In this document: positions 1 through 8,159 of the stretch, piece after piece
How positions within the stretch are numbered: the stretch's first letter is position 1
Layout of the letters: each line of letters opens with the position of its first letter
IMG/VR virus record: IMGVR_UViG_2816332320_000003
Span: 99,173-163,172 of that record
DNA length: 64,000 bases
From: a virus
Lineage: Duplodnaviria; Caudoviricetes
Direction: 5' to 3' (one strand)
The notes under the pieces: model-generated
What the model saw: the letters and a program-made list of their open reading frames with translations, nothing else
Databases searched by the model: none
Told to the model about the DNA's origin: nothing
Translations under genes and position numbers: made by a program

Positions 1-1
1 A

Positions 2-256
2 TCCTTATTAAAATTCAAAAAGGAAACAGTATATATAGTATACGAGTCAGGCGAAATACTACATGTAGAGATTCAGTCAGTAACACAAAAGGGTGACTAT
101 ATAGTTAAAATCTTTTCTAGTCAAGCAGACAAGGAAACAGCAAAAGATGTCCACTTGCCAAGCATAGTCTGGGATGGCGTAGATTATGAAGTATTAATCA
201 ATAGATCGTTAATTCAAAAAATAGTATATGTAAACGATAAGAAAAGGATAGAGTAA
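2..256 (+). CDS. 3' part of hypothetical protein (truncated by window start)
   Basis: Open frame SLLKFKKETVYIVYESG...NDKKRIE ends TAA at 254-256 and runs into a hairpin. Confidence 0.6.
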   Translation, partial: SLLKFKKETVYIVYESGEILHVEIQSVTQKGDYIVKIFSSQADKETAKDVHLPSIVWDGVDYEVLINRSLIQKIVYVNDKKRIE

Positions 257-271
257 AATATCTATCCTTTT
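242..271. terminator. likely bidirectional intrinsic terminator
   Basis: Inverted repeat AAAAGGATAGA / TCTATCCTTTT between convergent genes. Confidence 0.65.
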
Positions 272-339
272 CCTGTTTTTGAGAGTTCAAATTAATACAT
301 TCTTTTATTAGGAATAAGAAAAACCGCTTTTATGGCGGT

Positions 340-645
340 TTATAATTCGACTCTTTCTACTTGTATGCTCTCCAGATCATAACCGAATTTCGGATCTGGT
401 GAAAGTGATTTTCTAGCTTTTGTTGTTGCCGTTTTTTCTGATGTCGCTTCAACTCGTATTGCATTTACTCTTTGCATAGTTTCTTGTTCTATTGCGGTTA
501 CTTGGAACCAGTATTTTTCAGTTGGCTTCGTTTTTCTCATCTCAAAACCTTTACCCATGCAATCATAGCAAACGCCGTTGTCTTGATGTCTGTAACAATT
601 GATAACTCCTGTGCCGCTGCACTTTTTACACGTTACTTTGAACAT
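340..645 (-). CDS. small Zn-binding protein (two CxxCxGxG motifs)
   Basis: CKKCSGTG and CYDCMGKG motifs; RBS AGGAGG; own promoter. Confidence 0.75.
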   Translation of the reverse strand: MFKVTCKKCSGTGVINCYRHQDNGVCYDCMGKGFEMRKTKPTEKYWFQVTAIEQETMQRVNAIRVEATSEKTATTKARKSLSPDPKFGYDLESIQVERVEL

Positions 646-681
646 CTCAGACCGCCTCCTATGTATTTGCTTCTTGATTAC

Positions 682-710
682 ATTATACGATAGTCACTTT
701 GCTAAATCAA
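682..710 (-). promoter_or_regulatory. sigmaA-type promoter
   Basis: Minus-strand TTGATT-17-TATAAT with an AT-rich upstream tract. Confidence 0.7.
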
Positions 711-779
711 GTATTTGTATATTTTTATATATTATATCCAAATAAAAAACCGATTAGATTAGGAAAAGAAATAACCAGA

Positions 780-1046
780 TTACTCTGGTCTTCTAAGTGC
801 AATTATTAATTTGTTAATCTTTAATATGTCATTATCACTTAAAATCTCATCCATATAGAAATCGTTGGCTGATGTAAGTGTGTCAATCATAATCTCGCTT
901 AGTGATTTATCTTGCCACTTTTTAACCATCCAACCCTCTTCTTCATGTCCATTTTCTACGGGAACGTCTTGCCCTAATAGATCAGCAATTTCAGAAAGGA
1001 TGAGTTGATCCAAATCTTTTCCCAATGCCTGCATGGTGTTCCACAT
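780..1046 (-). CDS. hypothetical phage protein
   Basis: 88-aa ORF with RBS GAGGAG. Confidence 0.7.
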   Translation of the reverse strand: MWNTMQALGKDLDQLILSEIADLLGQDVPVENGHEEEGWMVKKWQDKSLSEIMIDTLTSANDFYMDEILSDNDILKINKLIIALRRPE

Positions 1047-1085
1047 ATTAATCCGCTCCTCGATATGTATTTCTTACTTATCTAT

Positions 1086-1113
1086 ATTTTACCACAACAG
1101 AACTAGTTGTCAA
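1086..1113 (-). promoter_or_regulatory. sigmaA-type promoter
   Basis: TTGACA, 16-nt spacer ending in an extended-10 TG, then TAAAAT. Confidence 0.6.
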
Positions 1114-1213
1114 TGTATTATTTTTATAATTTTATATTTAATAAAACTGCAATTTGATTGAAAACCAAAGAATCCATTTACACGGCTTCTGCTTGTTAAT
1201 TCCATATTGCTAC

Positions 1214-1624
1214 TTAATTACTTTTTAGATTGACACACTTTAATCCTTTTTCGTCCGTAATTCCATGTTTAGTTAAATAATTTGATATTTCTATATCAGT
1301 TGGATTCTCAATACGTTCTTCAGCGTTCCATCTTGACGAGCCATCAGCACAAAAATAAGCCATATCAACAATTCCACTTGGTTCTTCCTTATAACATCTA
1401 GCATATTCATCCTTTAATTCTTCAATTTCTTCATCGTTAGTACCACTACCAAAATGTTCTTTAAATTTGATAGTAGATTTAGTTAATAATACCTTTAGAT
1501 CATTATTCTGTGGAAAATGATCAACTAGAATTACCTCCGCATTGTCGTGTAATAGAGAATAATCTTCAGAAATAACTCTAACAAAACCATAGTCCCCATT
1601 GGGTTTAATCCGCTTTTCCCACAT
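1214..1624 (-). CDS. hypothetical phage protein
   Basis: 136-aa ORF with RBS AAGGAGAGGG. Confidence 0.7.
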   Translation of the reverse strand: MWEKRIKPNGDYGFVRVISEDYSLLHDNAEVILVDHFPQNNDLKVLLTKSTIKFKEHFGSGTNDEEIEELKDEYARCYKEEPSGIVDMAYFCADGSSRWNAEERIENPTDIEISNYLTKHGITDEKGLKCVNLKSN

Positions 1625-1673
1625 AGGAAAACCACCCTCTCCTTATGCATCTAATTTAAGTATAGCAAATCAA

Positions 1674-1874
1674 TTACAATACAACCAGATTGGTATCATT
1701 ACTTGGAGATAAGACAAAGCCTTTCCCCTCGTCATCCTCTTTGGCAGTCTCACAGTATGCAACGTTACCCCAATAGCGATTAGGGTATGTGTGATCAGGT
1801 TTAGAGTGAATTGAGTAGATATTGATTTCACCTTTGCAATGATTGTCCATTTTACATATTCCCATGCAACGCAT
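1674..1874 (-). CDS. small Cys-rich hypothetical protein
   Basis: 66 aa, four Cys, RBS AAGGAGGT. Confidence 0.7.
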   Translation of the reverse strand: MRCMGICKMDNHCKGEINIYSIHSKPDHTYPNRYWGNVAYCETAKEDDEGKGFVLSPSNDTNLVVL

Positions 1875-1921
1875 ATGTATGACCTCCTTTTTAAATTTTA
1901 TATTATAAATCTAGTTTGATA

Positions 1922-2179
1922 TCAAACAACTTCCACAGAAAGAACTTCTTCAATCATTTCATTGATATCATTAACATGTATTTCGTTTACTGTAACCTCA
2001 TCATTACATATCTCAATAGTGCAATTATTGGTTAGAATTGTGTAACTGATTGCATTGAGCAGGAACACATCATAATCAATTGGTTCATGCTTTACGTTAT
2101 GTGATTTAAGAGCTTTTTCAGCTTCCTTGACCGTTCTTTTTGTTAATTGCACACCAGCGTATCTTTTATTACTTAACAT
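1922..2179 (-). CDS. hypothetical phage protein
   Basis: 85 aa, RBS AAGGAGTG. Confidence 0.7.
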   Translation of the reverse strand: MLSNKRYAGVQLTKRTVKEAEKALKSHNVKHEPIDYDVFLLNAISYTILTNNCTIEICNDEVTVNEIHVNDINEMIEEVLSVEVV

Positions 2180-2242
2180 TGTTGGTCACTCCTTATAATC
2201 ATTCTAAATAACCTTTCATTGTGACACTACACTACTACCAAT

Positions 2243-2806
2243 TCATTGCGCCCACTGTTCTAGAGCCTCCAGAACACCTTTCTTTGTCTTTGGAAGTTTA
2301 ACACCTGTCATTTTAGTAAAGAACTCTTTAGAAGCATCGTTCCAGCCTTTTGGATGTCCTAGACATGATACAAGGTGTGGCATGTACTTATTGCGGATTG
2401 AGTAGATAAAAACCTTGTGGTCATCTCTTGGTTGAATGTTGTAGCCATATGATTTATTGAGATATTCTGATCCTATACAATCCTTATCATCGTCTGAAAT
2501 TTGGCTCCTTGCCATTTGTATTAATTCTCTTCCCTTTTCTATCTTCTTTTCCTTCTCTGCTGCTTTGCGCTCTCTTTCTATTCGTTGATCACGTAAAGAC
2601 CAATCGATATAGAACGTTCCAGTAATGCCCTTCATTTTGACTTTAAAAGACTTACCTTTTATGTACTCTTGTAAGATATTATCAGGCACGTAAAACCCTT
2701 TTTTATTGTCGGATCTATAGAATAGATGACCTTTCTCATCGGTCTTTTGGTAATACCATTTTGTTGTTTTCGTTCGCAGGATAATTTCATTAAATTTGTA
2801 TTCCAT
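2243..2806 (-). CDS. hypothetical phage protein
   Basis: 187 aa, RBS GGAGG. Confidence 0.75.
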   Translation of the reverse strand: MEYKFNEIILRTKTTKWYYQKTDEKGHLFYRSDNKKGFYVPDNILQEYIKGKSFKVKMKGITGTFYIDWSLRDQRIERERKAAEKEKKIEKGRELIQMARSQISDDDKDCIGSEYLNKSYGYNIQPRDDHKVFIYSIRNKYMPHLVSCLGHPKGWNDASKEFFTKMTGVKLPKTKKGVLEALEQWAQ

Positions 2807-2845
2807 TATGTATCATCCTCCATTATTTTGTTTGAAAGACCGCTT

Positions 2846-3067
2846 TTATGAGATTCTTTGAATAAAGGGATAGTGTTTTGCAACTGGATCATTTTCTACA
2901 TCTTCCCCTGTATCAGCCCATACAACTTGCATAAATCCAGTTTCATTGACTCTAGCCATACGTCCAAACAAATCTCCACCACCAATACATACAAACTCAG
3001 TTCCCCTTGCCTTATTAATCATCTCATTGATATAAGTAACATTTGCACGTTTTTTCATTATATACAC
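2846..3067 (-). CDS. hypothetical phage protein (start probably ATG 3058)
   Basis: ORF with AAGGTG RBS; its stop codon lies inside the 18-bp repeat. Confidence 0.65.
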   Translation of the reverse strand: MYIMKKRANVTYINEMINKARGTEFVCIGGGDLFGRMARVNETGFMQVVWADTGEDVENDPVAKHYPFIQRIS

Positions 3068-3109
3068 CTTCTTTGTTTTTATTTATATAAAATAACCATT
3101 TGCTTACAT

Positions 3110-3331
3110 TTACTCTTTGATTGTTTTTAGCCTCTTATTGATCAATTTTAGTTCCTCTTCGAAGAACTTAACTTGTCCCTCATTATTCTGTTCCTTGTGG
3201 TATTTAATTGCTCCTTCTGTGTAGCCTTTTCTATAAAGTAAACTTTCTTTTTTTGCAATAGACATTACAGAATGACAAGCAGTTGAACCCTTGTATTCAA
3301 AGTCAATATAAGTCATTATGGAGACCTCCAT
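3110..3331 (-). CDS. hypothetical phage protein
   Basis: ORF with GGAGG RBS before an internal ATG (MTYIDF). Confidence 0.65.
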   Translation of the reverse strand: MEVSIMTYIDFEYKGSTACHSVMSIAKKESLLYRKGYTEGAIKYHKEQNNEGQVKFFEEELKLINKRLKTIKE

Positions 3332-3376
3332 TTATGTATTTTTAACTTACAATAAAATAGTCATTTCATAAGAATA

Positions 3377-3571
3377 TTATCTGTACACCTGTAATTCCTC
3401 AATAAGAGAAAAACAATTAGTTTTATTTAATTTCTCTACACAGGATGGGTGAAGCTTCGGAAAATGCTTCTTAAATATAGTCTTTGCTTCTTCTCTTGTT
3501 TCTGCTTCAATTACTTCTGAATCCATTTGCATGCGATGAATGAAGTACTCAACAATATACAATTTTTTCAC
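3377..3571 (-). CDS. hypothetical phage protein
   Basis: 64 aa, GTG start with GGAGTG RBS, closely following the upstream gene. Confidence 0.65.
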   Translation of the reverse strand: MKKLYIVEYFIHRMQMDSEVIEAETREEAKTIFKKHFPKLHPSCVEKLNKTNCFSLIEELQVYR

Positions 3572-3577
3572 TTTCCA

Positions 3578-3808
3578 TCACTCCACTATAAATTGATTTT
3601 TAACTAATAAAGTGTACTGTTCTTCTGTAAGCTGCGTATGTCTTGAAAAGCCTAGCCTGTCACTTATATAGTTGTAGATTGCTTCTCTTTCTTGATTTGT
3701 TGCATTTTCAAATGTTTTATAAGAATCAATAACTTCGTAGATATTCACGCTATAACCTATCAGATTAGCTTTCCTGAATGCCTTTTCAAGTGCTTTATGC
3801 TTTTTCAC
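3578..3808 (-). CDS. hypothetical phage protein
   Basis: 76 aa, AGGTGA RBS. Confidence 0.65.
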   Translation of the reverse strand: MKKHKALEKAFRKANLIGYSVNIYEVIDSYKTFENATNQEREAIYNYISDRLGFSRHTQLTEEQYTLLVKNQFIVE

Positions 3809-3816
3809 ATTATCAC

Positions 3817-4476
3817 CTACACATTAATCTTCACTATTAATTTGCCCTTGATATTACTGATAGCATCCTGCATGAACTGTTTATCAAAAGACAGATATTT
3901 AGACTGTTTTACTGTCATATGTTGATCCTGCTTAACTACTCTCTTTGTGAGACTATCGACATCAATATCTAACCATCCATCATAGACAAGTAATGTATTT
4001 TTAGGAAGGATTCTATTACTGTACAAAGAGCGTTTACGTTTTGGCTTATGTATGATGTTCAATGACTCTCTATATTGTGCATATGGCTCAACTAGAACCC
4101 TTTCTACAACTGTATTGATTACAACTGGAAAACCAAAGTCAGAGAACTTGATGATGGTTACTTTTCTGCCGTGTGTAAGCTGCTCTGTAGCTTGTTGGAA
4201 ATCGCTTTGTACATAGTGCATGTACTGTCGTAGCAAGGAAGCCATAGTTGCAAACAATTCTTTTTCTGCCTCTGTTATAATTTCATTGGTAATTTTGATA
4301 TTTTTAACTTTCAATTCACCAAAGAACAAATCTTTAACTTGTACTTTTTGCTCATCGGTCATATTTTGATAAGCAACGCAATCTACTACTTTAAAGAATA
4401 CTTCCCCTAGCATATCTGCCAGTTGATCAACTTTCTGGATGAGATTCATTTCTTCAAAAGTGATTGTGATAAGCAT
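3817..4476 (-). CDS. hypothetical phage protein
   Basis: 219 aa, RBS AAGGAGTG. Confidence 0.8.
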   Translation of the reverse strand: MLITITFEEMNLIQKVDQLADMLGEVFFKVVDCVAYQNMTDEQKVQVKDLFFGELKVKNIKITNEIITEAEKELFATMASLLRQYMHYVQSDFQQATEQLTHGRKVTIIKFSDFGFPVVINTVVERVLVEPYAQYRESLNIIHKPKRKRSLYSNRILPKNTLLVYDGWLDIDVDSLTKRVVKQDQHMTVKQSKYLSFDKQFMQDAISNIKGKLIVKINV

Positions 4477-4509
4477 ATGTATACACTCCTTAGTATAGTA
4501 TATTTTTAA

Positions 4510-4605
4510 TTACTTAATGATCAATGTCCCAGTAACAACTAGACTCTTCAGAGCCAACAACCGTTGAATTTTTGACTTTGCTACAGCTAATTGTGTTTGA
4601 GACAT
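4510..4605 (-). CDS. 31-aa basic amphipathic peptide (not in ORF track)
   Basis: MSQTQLAVAKSKIQRLLALKSLVVTGTLIIK, GCGGGG RBS, directly downstream of promoter 4642-4670. Confidence 0.45.
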   Translation of the reverse strand: MSQTQLAVAKSKIQRLLALKSLVVTGTLIIK

Positions 4606-4641
4606 TTTTCATTACCCCGCTTCGTTTGTTTTGTTACTCTT

Positions 4642-4670
4642 ATTATAATTGAATATAAGTAAGTTATCAA
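4642..4670 (-). promoter_or_regulatory. sigmaA-type promoter of early operon
   Basis: TTGATA-17-TATAAT. Confidence 0.7.
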
Positions 4671-4751
4671 CCATTTTATCATATATTTTTATATTTATTT
4701 TTGAAATAAAAATAGACCTGATTTAATCAGATCATAGAGAAAATACATTTT

Positions 4752-5068
4752 CGTCCGAATAACGCAAGGCGTTATTCGGACGGTCGAGGAATACCGCGCT
4801 CTTTGCGGTATGGGCTGACAAGCCTTGTTTTAGGTTGGATGATTACTGAAGCTGCTTGCATGGAAAAAGTTGAACATATAGTTCCCTATAGCAAGGTAAG
4901 AAAAGTTGTCCGTTTTGATATGGTGTATTAGTATATAGTATGTATAATAATATCCTATTCAAAATGGACAACTTTTAAATTTTAGTTATAAACCAATTTG
5001 ATTTAGAAATTTGTCACCTTGGAGCCGTATATAGTATTTATGTATTACAGCTTGAAGGTGACAAATTT
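4752..5068. repeat. cluster of four inverted repeats (candidate origin or structured element)
   Basis: Perfect 14-bp stem 4752-4782; 7-bp stem 4791-4811; long stems 4901-4976 and 5007-5068 that share the loop motif GTATATAGTAT. Confidence 0.8.
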
Positions 5069-5075
5069 TATATTT

Positions 5076-6218
5076 TTATATGTTAAACACTTTTGTTTTG
5101 ATTCTTCGTACATTTTTTCTAAAGGAACTTGGTGATTCCTTTGGTTCATCGTCTATTAGGTTGTCAATTAGCTCTTTATTGTCCTCAAGATATGTATCAT
5201 CAACTCTTCTTAGATACCTATCTCTATTTTTTAGAGTTTCATCAGCTAACTTTTCTTTTGCTTTTTCAATACGAACTATATCATTTTGTCCCAATGTGCA
5301 AATAACTTTGTCGTTTAACGTTCTTTCTGTAGCTAGCCTAGTATCATCATTCAATGTTAATTTGGATAGTTCTAACTTTACCTCATTAATATGTTCTTCA
5401 TTGAAAATAATTTTATATGAATCATAATAGTAAACAATGTTGTATTGATCAAATAGAATCTGATCAACCCTTTCCCTAAACACTTCCCATTTACCTTTTC
5501 GAATAGCTACTGATTTATCTTCACAGTTTAGTTCCATAAGAATAAGACGTTCAGTATGTAAAATTGCTTTTACTTCTTTGTCAGTGGCTTCCCTATGTTC
5601 TTCGTAAGTTCTCATGATTGGGTTGTATACATTCGTCTTCTCTTCATAATGATTGTAAGTTGTTTCTTTGTGGAGCTTAACCTGTAGATTCTTATTAAAC
5701 CGAGTTTCAACATTAGCAACACATACAGTTTTTGAAGGTGACCAAAAGACCAACGATTTATTACTTAGTCTATTTAAACCTCCTTCAATTGCCCGTTGTA
5801 ATGTATTACTGGTCAACTCATAAAATTCATAGATATTATCTTCTGGAATCTGTAGGTATTTTGATAACTTGCCTATGTTGTATCTACCAAAGTTGTAATT
5901 GTCATTAACCATATTTAACACTTTAAATAGTTGACTCTTAGGAAGAAACACTCTCCCCTTTTTACTTACCAGTAGATTAAGAATAAGTTCTTCAATATAG
6001 TTTACCATTCCAAACCGTTTTGTTTCTTTTTCCTGAGGTACATTGTAGATATCCTCAATGATGAAACAATGACCAGCTTTGCTGTATTTAAAATGTAATT
6101 CAAATTCCGCTAACTGGATTTGTTTTGACTTCCCTGTCTTAGTGCTGACTCCTAATAGCAAACACAACTCCTTATAATTCTTGACTGTTTCGCCAACTTT
6201 TAGCTTAGTTAAATCCAT
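5076..6218 (-). CDS. phage protein, possible DNA-binding/replication initiator
   Basis: 380 aa, Lys-rich N-terminus (KNYKELC..GKSKQIQL); ends 8 nt before the hairpin cluster. Confidence 0.6.
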   Translation of the reverse strand: MDLTKLKVGETVKNYKELCLLLGVSTKTGKSKQIQLAEFELHFKYSKAGHCFIIEDIYNVPQEKETKRFGMVNYIEELILNLLVSKKGRVFLPKSQLFKVLNMVNDNYNFGRYNIGKLSKYLQIPEDNIYEFYELTSNTLQRAIEGGLNRLSNKSLVFWSPSKTVCVANVETRFNKNLQVKLHKETTYNHYEEKTNVYNPIMRTYEEHREATDKEVKAILHTERLILMELNCEDKSVAIRKGKWEVFRERVDQILFDQYNIVYYYDSYKIIFNEEHINEVKLELSKLTLNDDTRLATERTLNDKVICTLGQNDIVRIEKAKEKLADETLKNRDRYLRRVDDTYLEDNKELIDNLIDDEPKESPSSFRKNVRRIKTKVFNI

Positions 6219-6219
6219 T

Positions 6220-7068
6220 CTATTCCGCCTCTAACCAGTTACTGAGTAAAGTTTCCATTCGTTTAGAAGGTATGTATATCTGTATTGTTTTTTCTATATC
6301 TGATACATCAACTATCCACTTTAGTAAAATTGATAATGCATACTTGTCATCATCTATAATCGTCGTACCCTTGTATTGACTTTTTAAAAATCCATTAGGG
6401 AAACAATTTGCTGCAAAACATAAATAGTTTCGCTTATCTTCTTTGTATGTTTCACCATTCATTGGAACAAATGCTTTTGTGTTTCCTTTATAACATAGTT
6501 GCCTGTGATGCTGCATAAATGTCGTCCATGCTCTCTCATTAGCTATTGAATCGGTTTTGTTTGTATAGTAGTTTCCTATGTTTAATTTTAATTGTATTAC
6601 TTCATTTGGATTTTTAATAAACCAAGTTTTTGATAAGTCATATTTATTGCTCCCAAAGTTATACAGCTTTCCAGTTTTTTCTTGGATTACAATGTTCTTG
6701 ACTAGTTTTGATTTTACATCATCATTTATATTCTCACAGTATCTAATGTTCTCTTCAAATTCTTTAGGTACAGAAATAGACTTGTAACTAGTTGAACTTA
6801 CAACATTATAAAGATTATCAAATAGTTCACCATCTATATACTCCTGTTCTCTGTGCAATAAATTGTTTTTATTCTGGACAATTTCTAATAATGAAAATGA
6901 GAAATCAGAAATTCCATATTGGTTCCAATCATTTTGTAGCTTATATGAATGATGAGTTTTATATCTTAGATTAGACAGATGTTGACCCCATCTCTTCATT
7001 ACATCTTGAGCACTTCCTATATATTTTCTCCCATTTATATTATTTGTTATCTGGTAAATTCCCATCAT
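6220..7068 (-). CDS. GIY-YIG endonuclease fused to YonV-like helicase C-terminal region
   Basis: GIYQITNNINGRKYIGS, then R and E catalytic positions; C-terminal YALS.LL.WI...IYIPSKRM..LL.NWL motif. Confidence 0.8.
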   Translation of the reverse strand: MMGIYQITNNINGRKYIGSAQDVMKRWGQHLSNLRYKTHHSYKLQNDWNQYGISDFSFSLLEIVQNKNNLLHREQEYIDGELFDNLYNVVSSTSYKSISVPKEFEENIRYCENINDDVKSKLVKNIVIQEKTGKLYNFGSNKYDLSKTWFIKNPNEVIQLKLNIGNYYTNKTDSIANERAWTTFMQHHRQLCYKGNTKAFVPMNGETYKEDKRNYLCFAANCFPNGFLKSQYKGTTIIDDDKYALSILLKWIVDVSDIEKTIQIYIPSKRMETLLSNWLEAE

Positions 7069-7171
7069 ACTCTGATAATTTTCCCCCTTCTGTGTTCATT
7101 AGTTCTATGGCTGCTGAACTCTTTCCTGACCCTGTGATACTGTCAACAACTCGAATGATTGGTGATTGCAT
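7040..7171 (-). pseudogene. 43-aa N-terminal fragment of YonV-like helicase with Walker A
   Basis: GAGGAG RBS, then MQSPIIRVVDSITGSGKSSAAIELMN...; stops at 7040, overlapping the GIY-YIG start out of frame. Confidence 0.7.
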
Positions 7172-7194
7172 GTAGCTCCTCCTCTATTTGCAAT

Positions 7195-7359
7195 CTATTT
7201 TCTCTTTCGATGCCTAAAGAATCCAATAACAGATATGATGATAGTTAGAATGCTTAATGTCACTAATGCTTTGATGAATAATCCAGTTAAAGTGATTAGA
7301 TTCATTAGAACTAAAGAAGCTGTAATGATAAGGAATACATATACTAGCTTTGTTCTCAT
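7195..7359 (-). CDS. small two-TM membrane peptide, YoyJ-like position (putative type I toxin)
   Basis: 54 aa, hydrophobic with RHRKRK tail; RBS AAAGGAG. Confidence 0.65.
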   Translation of the reverse strand: MRTKLVYVFLIITASLVLMNLITLTGLFIKALVTLSILTIIISVIGFFRHRKRK

Positions 7360-7398
7360 GTGGAATTCTCCTTTCTTGAGTATGTTTATGTGAATCAG

Positions 7399-7427
7399 TT
7401 GTAAAAGACTATGCGATTGCATATAAT
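7399..7427 (+). promoter_or_regulatory. sigmaA promoter for antisense RNA
   Basis: TTGTAA-17-TATAAT pointing into the 3' end of the minus-strand toxin-like gene. Confidence 0.65.
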
Positions 7428-7433
7428 AAAATG

Positions 7434-7535
7434 TAAGGGAATAAGAGAGCCTATACCAGCACTCTCTTATTGTGAGAAGTTTTAGCGTTTGCGGTGTGTT
7501 TCCTTTCGTGGAGGAAATGCACCGTTTGTCGTTTC
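7434..7535 (+). ncRNA. putative SR6-like antisense antitoxin RNA (~100 nt)
   Basis: Upstream promoter, stem 7441-7470, and long stem 7491-7525 followed by a U-rich tail; complementary to the toxin mRNA 3' end. Confidence 0.5.
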
Positions 7536-7664
7536 TGGGTGTGTACGCTTCTTCTCACGCTCCAATCTTCTAGCTCGTTTCTCGTTGTGTATGTATGTGG
7601 TTGTCGCTAGGAGAAAGGATGCAATGGGTAGAATGTAAGTAACAATGAAGTGTAAGATGTTCAA
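7482..7664 (-). CDS. YonT-like type I toxin candidate
   Basis: 60 aa, single N-terminal TM helix and very basic C-terminus; TTG start with GAGGTG RBS; extended -10 TGaTATAAT at 7702-7710. Confidence 0.6.
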   Translation of the reverse strand: MNILHFIVTYILPIASFLLATTTYIHNEKRARRLEREKKRTHPETTNGAFPPRKETHRKR

Positions 7665-7798
7665 GTGTCTCACCTCGTTTCCCATCTCCCTTACAAGATT
7701 AATTATATCATATATTGAGTTTGTTTTTATAGTATATTTTTAGATATTAAAACAAAAAAGCCCGTTATATTGGGCTTCGTACTACTATTATATGAATG

Positions 7799-8020
7799 CT
7801 ATCCCACGTTCTCATTCTGGTCTTGAGTAGATTCAGGTTCATTTGCTACATATTGATCAATTACCTTCGATCCTTCCTCATCTACAAAATCCTGTTCGCA
7901 ATGATTACAAACTAAATGCCTAACATTTGGGATAATATGAGTGGTTGATCCACGTTGATATGAAAAGGATTTATATATTGGCTCCAGTGTTCCAGTATTA
8001 CAAATTGGGCATGTGCTCAT
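7799..8020 (-). CDS. YgiT/MqsA-type zinc finger protein
   Basis: CPIC...IPNV...VCNHCEQ pattern. Confidence 0.8.
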   Translation of the reverse strand: MSTCPICNTGTLEPIYKSFSYQRGSTTHIIPNVRHLVCNHCEQDFVDEEGSKVIDQYVANEPESTQDQNENVG

Positions 8021-8159
8021 AGTATGCCTCCTTGAATATTGATTATAGACTGTATGACTTCTCTATATGATATGCCTATTCGTTGGTAATCATTATACGC
8101 TTATTATAATAGTGTGTAAAACGGGACTACTGTTTATGCAATCCCGTTTATAGTTGATA

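Larger units (their letters stand above)
291..3369. repeat. dispersed 18-bp imperfect palindrome ATNAAA-N6-TTTNAT at gene junctions
   Basis: Copies at 291, 316, 742, 1141, 1903 (weak), 2202, 2832, 3087 and 3352. Further copies at 34047, 49357 and 57851. Confidence 0.75.

Noticed and set aside
291-3369. Repeats as a CRISPR array
   Set aside because: The repeats are degenerate 18-mers separated by whole genes of variable length, and no cas genes are present.
4752-5068. Retron msr/msd, DGR or IS ends
   Set aside because: No reverse transcriptase or transposase is recognisable in the window.
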